Below are positions 57,894 through 64,000 of a DNA stretch of 64,000 nucleotides, one piece after another. The stretch lies in NCBI GenBank assembly GCA_903860135.1, contig CAIOPG010000016.1:2674-66673 (forward strand), given 5' to 3'. The first letter of the stretch is position 1. Every line of letters begins with the position of its first letter. This stretch comes from Candidatus Omnitrophota bacterium. Lineage in GTDB: Bacteria > Omnitrophota > Gorgyraeia > Zapsychrales > Fredricksoniimonadaceae. The notes beneath the pieces were generated by a model that saw only the letters and a program-made list of their open reading frames with translations, made no database searches and was not told where the DNA came from. Made by a program: the position numbers and the translations under genes.

Positions 57894-58032
57894 TTTCGAA
57901 GATCATGTTATGAGGGCGATGGTCAATGTTGTAACTATTAACGACATATATACTTACGAGACGCGTCTAAAAAATGTGCCCCCGGATTAATCTCAGATTA
58001 TCAGCAGGCTCGGGATCGGGATGACACGCGAG

Positions 58033-59238
58033 TCATTTCTTTGGCGGGCGCTCGCCAAAGTACTGGTAATAGTTGGTTTCAATCGTGGCATTGAAAAGCT
58101 TACGCACCTTGTCCGGCTTGGCGCGCTTAAAAAAATCCGGGAACCGCTGGTCAGGCGTCAGAAAATACAGGGACCAGCCGGTCTTATTCTTCAACATTTT
58201 GTTGAGCGCAATATAGACCCCTGTGAGTTCCTTAAGACTCCCGATATGTATGCCGTACGGCGGATTGGAGATCATGACGCCGTATTGTTTGTCGATCCAC
58301 AGGTCCTTGATATCTTTCTGTTCAAAGGTGATGTCCTTTAAAACGCCGGCTCGCAGGGCATTGGCTTTAGCGTCCTTAATGCGCTGGGGATCAATGTCAG
58401 AGCCGAATATCAAAAGATTCCCCTCGGGAAGGATCGCCGCGCGAGCCGCATTGCGGGCATCGTCCCAGGCTTTTTTATCGATCTGAGCCCAGGCCTCGGC
58501 AGCAAAAGAACGGTTGAGGCCTGGTGCGATGTTGCGCCCGATCATGGCCGCTTCGATCAGAATGGTCCCTGCCCCACACATCGGGTCAATGAGGATCCGG
58601 TCTTTGTCCCAAAAGCTCAAAAGGACAAGTGCGGCCGCCATGGTCTCTCTGATGGGCGCTTCCCCCCTATCCATCCGATAACCCCGCTTGTGAAGCCCCC
58701 GCCCCGTTGCATCGAGCGTGAGGGTCGCCACATTGTTGGTGATCGCGATCTCGACGATGAACTCGGGGCCCGTCTCGGGAAGAGCCGTTTCACCGCGATC
58801 TCGATCTGAGCCCAAAGGGCGAGGCTCGCTTCGTTTCGCGGGGAGACGGCCAAAGAATTTCTCTTGAAGACGGTTCACGATCGCTCTTTTGACAATGGAT
58901 TGGCAGGCCCTGATACTCATAAGTGTGGAGCGCACGCATTTGCCGGTGACCGTGATCATCGCATCTTTCGGGATCCATTCCTCCCAAAGGACCGCACTTG
59001 TGCCGTCGAACAATTGATCAAAATCACCCGCCGGAAATTTCGCGATCTTAAGGAGCACGCGGTCCGAGACCCGCAGGGAAATATTGAGCCGCGGGATATC
59101 ATCAAAGGTGGCGGCAAACTCAATCCGCCCATCAGCTGTGGCGTAATCCGTAATCCCCAAGGCCTCAAGCTCGCGCTTGACAACAGCCTCCAACCCAAAG
59201 GCGCACGTAACGATCAGAGTAATACTTGTCGCGTTCAT
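58033..59238 (-). CDS. THUMP-domain class I SAM-dependent RNA methyltransferase (RlmL/YpsC family)
   Basis: N-terminal THUMP-like region and MTase motifs (DPMCGAGT, MISNPPYG). Confidence 0.7.
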   Translation of the reverse strand: MNATSITLIVTCAFGLEAVVKRELEALGITDYATADGRIEFAATFDDIPRLNISLRVSDRVLLKIAKFPAGDFDQLFDGTSAVLWEEWIPKDAMITVTGKCVRSTLMSIRACQSIVKRAIVNRLQEKFFGRLPAKRSEPRPLGSDRDRGETALPETGPEFIVEIAITNNVATLTLDATGRGLHKRGYRMDRGEAPIRETMAAALVLLSFWDKDRILIDPMCGAGTILIEAAMIGRNIAPGLNRSFAAEAWAQIDKKAWDDARNAARAAILPEGNLLIFGSDIDPQRIKDAKANALRAGVLKDITFEQKDIKDLWIDKQYGVMISNPPYGIHIGSLKELTGVYIALNKMLKNKTGWSLYFLTPDQRFPDFFKRAKPDKVRKLFNATIETNYYQYFGERPPKK

Positions 59239-59263
59239 ATTTTAGACACCTTAAGTTTTCTTA

Positions 59264-59407
59264 ATAACATTTCGTAAAAAAACAGGAACACACTACTTTT
59301 TCCTTATAATCAATGAGCTGACTGGCCGCGACCTTAACTTCAGCCTTATCATTCGGTGGCAGCTGCTTGATCGAGCGATCAAATGAGAGTTTAAACTCAA
59401 ATCTCAT
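59264..59407 (-). pseudogene. RelE/ParE-like toxin gene remnant (first ~35 codons), truncated at repeat copy C
   Basis: ATG overlaps the upstream antitoxin stop (ATGA). MRFEFKLSFDRSIKQLPPNDKAEVKVAASQLID then reads into the repeat (YKEKVVCSCFF) and stops. Confidence 0.4.
59285..59311 (+). repeat. copy C of repeat family (GGAACACACTACTTTTTCCTTATAATC)
   Basis: Direct-orientation copy. Sits at the truncation point of the relE-like remnant. Confidence 0.6.
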
Positions 59408-59673
59408 AAGCTGGCAAGATGGTTCTTGGCTGATTCATCGCTTGAGAAAGTTTTCCCCTTCTCGGACGCTAATTTCTCAATCTTCTGCCACTCCTTGGGT
59501 GTATACGGGGATTTAGCAGTTACTTCACACGGCATCAGCATGATGCCATTCTTGCCAATACCAAAAGCGATTGAAGACCCTTCCTCAAGATGCAAAAGCT
59601 TGCGAATCCGGCTGGGAATAGTGACCTGCCCCTTGGTTGTTACTTTGGCAGTCTCGATAATAGTCATACCCAT
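59404..59673 (-). CDS. AbrB/MazE/SpoVT-type DNA-binding antitoxin-like protein
   Basis: TKGQVTIPSRIRKLLHLEEGSSIAF swapped-hairpin motif. 89 aa. Confidence 0.7.
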   Translation of the reverse strand: MGMTIIETAKVTTKGQVTIPSRIRKLLHLEEGSSIAFGIGKNGIMLMPCEVTAKSPYTPKEWQKIEKLASEKGKTFSSDESAKNHLASL

Positions 59674-59802
59674 TGTCCTTTCGTTATTATTCCTTACTTC
59701 CTTACAGTAAGGATATAATACTTTCGACTCAACGTCAACTTTTCATCATGATCCATATAATCCGCGACAATCTATACGTCATATGCCCATCGGTTAAAAC
59801 CC

Positions 59803-59827
59803 GGAACACACTACTTTCCTTATAGAC
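59803..59827 (+). repeat. copy D of repeat family (GGAACACACTACTTTCCTTATAGAC)
   Basis: Direct copy ~520 bp from copy C. Together they bracket the mazE-like/relE-remnant cassette. Confidence 0.6.
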
Positions 59828-59889
59828 TCCTTTATATTAAATGACCGTTCCCCGTTAATTCAAGCTAAAGCAACTTATCATAATCCCTG

Positions 59890-60285
59890 CTACAAATTCA
59901 TTGTACGATCCATGTCCCGACGCTCTTTTTTGGTTGGACGGCCTTCGCCTTTAGCACGACGCGGCACCCATCCACCCTTAATAAGTGCAAGCTTATCTTT
60001 CTCCGCTTGAGGCGTTATGTCTTCACAACACTCTTTGACAAGCACAGCCCCAACACGCTTATCAATGCATTTCAAAACTCGATACTGCCAACTCAGACCA
60101 TCTTTGCGGACAACAATCACCTGGCCAACACTAACGACCCGTGAAGGCTTCACCTCCTGCCCGTCAATATTGACCTTATGCCTTTTACACAAATCCGTTG
60201 CCACCGGTCGTGTCTTGCAAATCCGCACGGACCATAACCATTTGTCAACACGAACACTCATGGGAACAGAATCCATAAGCGTCAC
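59890..60285 (-). CDS. RNA-binding S4 domain protein (Hsp15/HslR-like)
   Basis: VRVDKWLWSVRICKTRPVATDLCKRHKVNIDGQEVKPSRVVSVGQVIVV is an S4 fold like Hsp15. Basic C-terminal tail. Confidence 0.65.
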   Translation of the reverse strand: MTLMDSVPMSVRVDKWLWSVRICKTRPVATDLCKRHKVNIDGQEVKPSRVVSVGQVIVVRKDGLSWQYRVLKCIDKRVGAVLVKECCEDITPQAEKDKLALIKGGWVPRRAKGEGRPTKKERRDMDRTMNL

Positions 60286-60566
60286 AGATCCCCAAATTTA
60301 TAATGCTTACGCACGGCCTTTTTAACGTGCCAAGTACAGCTTAATCCTTTCGGAAATGTCACAAGGTCGCTCTTACCAAATGAAACAGTCTCAAACGGCG
60401 TTTTAACTGTCACATCACCATCGAGGAATAAACAGATCTCCTGTTCATCATATTGCCAATCAAACGTTGAGACTTCTTTGGTCCATATCGGCCAGGATCT
60501 TACACCCAAATCAATAAGCTTTTGCTCCGTCGGCTTTTCAACTATTACCTTAAGCGTATGTGACAT
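60282..60566 (-). CDS. small cupin-domain protein
   Basis: 94 aa. Pattern ICLFLDGDVTV...DLVTFPKGLSCTWHV is typical of the DUF861/cupin_3 type. Confidence 0.55.
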   Translation of the reverse strand: MSHTLKVIVEKPTEQKLIDLGVRSWPIWTKEVSTFDWQYDEQEICLFLDGDVTVKTPFETVSFGKSDLVTFPKGLSCTWHVKKAVRKHYKFGDL

Positions 60567-60752
60567 TAATTACCCCCCTACTTGCCATAATAACCGGCCT
60601 ATTAAACCCGGATTGTGCAATAGCCGTCTTTCATCGACGCAACCGTTGGCACAAAAACATGCGTTGTTATTTCAACTGGCCTTCCACAATTTTACCGTCT
60701 AGGAAAGGCCCGGGTTCAACCCGCATTACCTCTGTCTATTGAAAAATGCGGG

Positions 60753-61751
60753 TTAAACAATTCGATACCTTGCCGAGCGGGTATGCCCTTCCTTGGCAAC
60801 GACTCCTGCCGCGATCAAAGGCGCAATCAATTGATTAACTCGGGCACGATTGACATGCATGACACGGCAAATATCTCCTGAGCCTAAAACCCCCTGTTTA
60901 GTCAATAAATCAAGCAATTCGCGCTGTTTAGGCGTCCACTCCCTGCCATCGGCCTTAATTGAACGTAACCGTTCAGCCAAGCTCTCCATAGATGTCTGAA
61001 GGCCCAAAGCAAAATATTCTATCCAGTAAGTATAATCATAATCCATTTCATGCGTTTCATTGATCATCTGGTAATATTTTGCCCGATTAGCTGCAAAATA
61101 TTCATCCAACCCTAAAGAATGCGCCGGATCATACCCGCCCTGTAATAAAATCCATTGCGATAAAGCCCGCGCCATACGGCCATTCCCGTCAACAAACGGA
61201 TGAATCGCAACAAATTCATGATGAAATATCGCGCTTCGAATGATCGGGTGTTCCTGTTTTGACTTCAATAACCAGGTCTGAAGCTCGCTCATCCGCCTTA
61301 AGACATCTTTGGGCGAAGGGGGCGTATATATAACTTGATGCTTTGCGTTGACGACATAATTCTGCAACTTACGCCAACATCCCGAACGTGCAACTGGCAG
61401 AAGGCCTTTTGTCATTTGTGCGTGAAGGGAACGTATTCGGGCTGTCGTGCAGGCAGTGTCCTGATGCGCAATGATCCAACGAAGCACAGCAATACAATTC
61501 TTTACTTCAGTCTTTTGCTTTGATTCCGCATCAACATCTTTCCCGTCAACAAGCGCAGCCACTTGTGCTAATGATAATGTGTTTCCTTCTATCCATGTTG
61601 AAGAATGCGCGTCGCGACCAAGCGCATCACGCGTGACCTTGATTCTAACGAGGGATTCAGCAGAAAGGCTTTTTAACGCAGATGATAAGAGTATTGTCCG
61701 TTCCAGGCAAGCCGAAAGATAGTTTGTTAAACGATATGTTGGACTAAACAT
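60753..61751 (-). CDS. Fic family protein (second paralogue)
   Basis: Fic motif HPFVDGNGRMAR. C-terminal wHTH-like region. Confidence 0.8.
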   Translation of the reverse strand: MFSPTYRLTNYLSACLERTILLSSALKSLSAESLVRIKVTRDALGRDAHSSTWIEGNTLSLAQVAALVDGKDVDAESKQKTEVKNCIAVLRWIIAHQDTACTTARIRSLHAQMTKGLLPVARSGCWRKLQNYVVNAKHQVIYTPPSPKDVLRRMSELQTWLLKSKQEHPIIRSAIFHHEFVAIHPFVDGNGRMARALSQWILLQGGYDPAHSLGLDEYFAANRAKYYQMINETHEMDYDYTYWIEYFALGLQTSMESLAERLRSIKADGREWTPKQRELLDLLTKQGVLGSGDICRVMHVNRARVNQLIAPLIAAGVVAKEGHTRSARYRIV

Positions 61752-61839
61752 GAAGGAATCCTAACACATTGTATAGTGTTTGTATAGTACATTGTATAGG
61801 ACTCTCCGCAGGCTCAACGGAACGGTTTAAAACCACTCC

Positions 61840-63453
61840 CTACCATTCCACCGGGAAATAATCTTTGAGGAATTTGCCGCACCAGTGTTCGCCGGTCAGG
61901 ATGCCGTTGAAAAAGGGGTCGCATACTCGGGCGGCTCCGTCGACAATATCCAAAGGCGGCTGGAAGTCGTGTTCTTTCTGCTTGCGCATGGAGATGGCAA
62001 AAGGATCTTCGTCCGTCACCCAGCCGGTATCAACGGCATTCATGAAAATGCCGTATTTGGCCAGGTCGCTCGCCGACGTGTGGGTCAGCATGTTGAGCGC
62101 GGCCTTGGCCATGTTGGTGTGCGGATGACGGTCGGTCTTGACGAACCGATGAAACTTGCCTTCCATCGCCGATACATTCACAATATGTTTCTGCCCCGTA
62201 TTCTGGCGCTTCATCATCCAGGACAACTTATTGCAAAGCACAAACGGCGCAATGGCATTGACCAGCTGAAGCTCGATCATCTCGGACGTCGGGATATCAC
62301 CGAGGCGCAGGCGCCAACTGTTGGTTTCACGCAAATCAACCTGCTGAAGATCCGCGTCCAGCTTGCCGTCAGGGAATACTTTTTCGACAGAAAGGGATTC
62401 GTCATGCACATACGGAACCTGCGAAAGTTTGGCGGACGCACACAGGCCAACTCCGGTCATTTTTCCGTTCCAGGCCACAGGTAGGGATGATTCAGCCACA
62501 CGCGGCGCATCTCTGGGGTCAAGCCCCAGCTCCTTCTTGCACTGCTCAAAAGGACGGAGCAAGCACTGGACTTCAGGTGATAAGTCCTCAAAGTGCAGGG
62601 CTTCATTGGCGATCATGTGCGCATAAAATCCCGGCGGACGACGCACCGTCTGAGCGGCATTATTGACCAGAAGATCAAGCCGGTCATATTTTTGTTCGAT
62701 AAACTTACAAAACATCTCCACACTCGGCGTATGCCGCAGGTCAAGCCCGTAAATGTGCAGGCGGTCGCCCCACTGCTTAAAGTCCGCCTCACGGGCATAC
62801 CGCATCGCACTATCGACGGGAAAGCGTGTTGTGGCAATCACGCGTGCACCGGAGCGCAGCATCATGAGCGCCGCCTGATACCCAATCTTCAGGCGCGACC
62901 CCGTGATCACCGCCACCTGCCCCTCGAGCGATGCTATCTGAAACCGCTTGGCATAATTAAATTCAGCACATTTGGGGCACATCGAATCATAAAAGAAATG
63001 CACCTTCGTAAATTCCTGCTTGCAGACATAACAGGAATCCGGCTTGATAAGCTCCATGCCCTCTCCCGCCGCCTCACGCGCCGGACCTTCCAGGCATTGG
63101 GGTGCCGTGAATACCGCCGCTTCGCGCGCCGCCCGGATCCCGGTTGCCGCACGCGCCTTACGTTCATGCGTATCGATCTGCTGTTTCTTCAGACGAACCC
63201 TGTCGCGCTTGCGTTTTTCAAACTCAACCCGGTCGGGCCGCGAGATCATCCCGGCGGCCTTTCGCAAAGCCACACTTTGCGCCGTTGATAAACCAGCTAA
63301 TTGAGAACTGTCCTGAACCAGTCCTTCCAAAACACGAATGCACTGCTCAATATCCTGCGGTGTGTGCTGTGACGTTGACATTATTTCCTGTTCACAATTT
63401 ATTATATTTCGTATGCCGCCCGTGGCATTTTGCAACGGGATACTTCTCGGCAT
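61840..63453 (-). CDS. short-chain dehydrogenase/reductase-like protein with N-terminal extension containing a CxxC...CxxC pair
   Basis: [14 protein letters not shown] Rossmann motif and NNAA. N-terminal CYVCKQ...CPKCAE. 537 aa. Confidence 0.6.
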   Translation of the reverse strand: MPRSIPLQNATGGIRNIINCEQEIMSTSQHTPQDIEQCIRVLEGLVQDSSQLAGLSTAQSVALRKAAGMISRPDRVEFEKRKRDRVRLKKQQIDTHERKARAATGIRAAREAAVFTAPQCLEGPAREAAGEGMELIKPDSCYVCKQEFTKVHFFYDSMCPKCAEFNYAKRFQIASLEGQVAVITGSRLKIGYQAALMMLRSGARVIATTRFPVDSAMRYAREADFKQWGDRLHIYGLDLRHTPSVEMFCKFIEQKYDRLDLLVNNAAQTVRRPPGFYAHMIANEALHFEDLSPEVQCLLRPFEQCKKELGLDPRDAPRVAESSLPVAWNGKMTGVGLCASAKLSQVPYVHDESLSVEKVFPDGKLDADLQQVDLRETNSWRLRLGDIPTSEMIELQLVNAIAPFVLCNKLSWMMKRQNTGQKHIVNVSAMEGKFHRFVKTDRHPHTNMAKAALNMLTHTSASDLAKYGIFMNAVDTGWVTDEDPFAISMRKQKEHDFQPPLDIVDGAARVCDPFFNGILTGEHWCGKFLKDYFPVEW

Positions 63454-63739
63454 TCTTCTTCATTTTGGAGTCGATCGCCTGTGGCAAGTCTATATCAAGA
63501 TCATGCGCCAGTTCAAAAAGATACCACGCCACATCCGCCAACTCGTCAGCGATCTCATCGCGGCACTCTTTGCCGTGCCGCACGACTTCTTCGGCGGATT
63601 TCCACTGAAAATGCTCCATGACCTCACCCGCTTCCAAAACCAGCGACAAGGCCACATCCTTGTGATTATGGAACTGCTTCCAGTCCCGGGCCTCACGGAA
63701 TTGCATGATCTTAGCTGTAATGTCTTTTATCTCACCCAT
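63392..63739 (-). CDS. MazG-like nucleotide pyrophosphohydrolase (small type)
   Basis: FQEARDW...EVAELFE-type pattern ([36 protein letters not shown]). Confidence 0.7.
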   Translation of the reverse strand: MGEIKDITAKIMQFREARDWKQFHNHKDVALSLVLEAGEVMEHFQWKSAEEVVRHGKECRDEIADELADVAWYLFELAHDLDIDLPQAIDSKMKKNAEKYPVAKCHGRHTKYNKL

Positions 63740-63998
63740 GACTTCTCTCCGGTGCTACTGGCTTTGCAGGAGCATCTTCTCTGGTCCCGCGATTGCGGAT
63801 AATAAGCCCGTCGAGAAAACGCCGCAGGAGCTGATCGCCGCAAGGCATGTATTGCGGCTGATCCTCTTTACGAAAGATCGCCGACAATTCCGATGATGTG
63901 GTCTCAAATTCTGCCAGGCGCAGGATCTCCATGATGTCCGTGTCCCTCAAGTGCAGGGCGACACGGAGTTTCTTCATAATGTCATTGTTCGTAAGCAT
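63732..63998 (-). CDS. DUF1456 family protein
   Basis: MLTNNDIMKKLRVALHLRDTD...FLDGLIIRNRG matches the DUF1456 (YehS-like) pattern. Start codon 3 nt from the window end. Confidence 0.6.
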   Translation of the reverse strand: MLTNNDIMKKLRVALHLRDTDIMEILRLAEFETTSSELSAIFRKEDQPQYMPCGDQLLRRFLDGLIIRNRGTREDAPAKPVAPERSHG

Positions 63999-64000
63999 GC

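Noticed and set aside
1-64000. CRISPR arrays, rRNA genes, IS elements or transposases, prophage structural genes
   Set aside because: No regularly spaced direct repeats, no rRNA-like conserved blocks, and no DDE or IS-type transposase or capsid/tail/terminase-like ORFs were seen in any frame.

Overview
This window is a chromosomal segment of a diderm bacterium. Evidence for a diderm host: a TolC-family outer-membrane protein, a MacAB-type efflux pump, a large outer-membrane beta-barrel and LysM cell-wall enzymes. The core DNA is about 55% GC and most genes lie on the minus strand. Three things stand out. (1) The comM/yifB gene is split at its MNPCPC motif by a ~13.8 kb AT-rich integrative element (about 2973-16761) flanked by an 18-bp imperfect direct repeat. 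The element carries a large serine recombinase, a second small serine recombinase, an MCM-like AAA+ helicase, three consecutive Cys-rich small proteins, a 524-bp AT-rich non-coding region, a membrane-anchored HNH nuclease and several unknowns. It also carries a DpnII-style restriction-modification module: a Dam-family methyltransferase and a DpnA-like beta-class methyltransferase next to an unusually large (682 aa) uncharacterised protein with a C-terminal PD-(D/E)xK-like motif. (2) A housekeeping and metabolic stretch (17-53 kb) holds a PilZ protein, an MscS channel, an Rrf2 regulator with a ferredoxin, a VapBC toxin-antitoxin pair, hisI, a polyamine pathway (pyruvoyl arginine decarboxylase, agmatine deiminase, N-carbamoylputrescine amidase, a deoxyhypusine-synthase-like enzyme) beside a tRNA-Arg(CCG), an ABC-F protein, a Rho factor that lacks the canonical N-terminal OB domain next to a cold-shock gene, three SPFH proteins, a MacAB-TolC efflux pump, a two-component system, prfC and recQ. 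(3) An accessory small-gene region (53.4-64 kb) is rich in toxin-antitoxin and Fic-type genes: DUF4160/DUF2442, an AbrB/MazE-type gene with a truncated RelE-like gene, two Fic proteins, MazG-like and DUF1456. It is punctuated by four copies of a ~23-bp repeat (GGAACACACTACTTTTCCTTATA) that sit exactly where two genes are truncated, and it has a repeat-dense candidate operator upstream of one fic gene. Coordinates taken from the ORF track are exact. Coordinates I derived myself (repeats, tRNA, small ORFs, refined starts) may be off by 1-2 nt.
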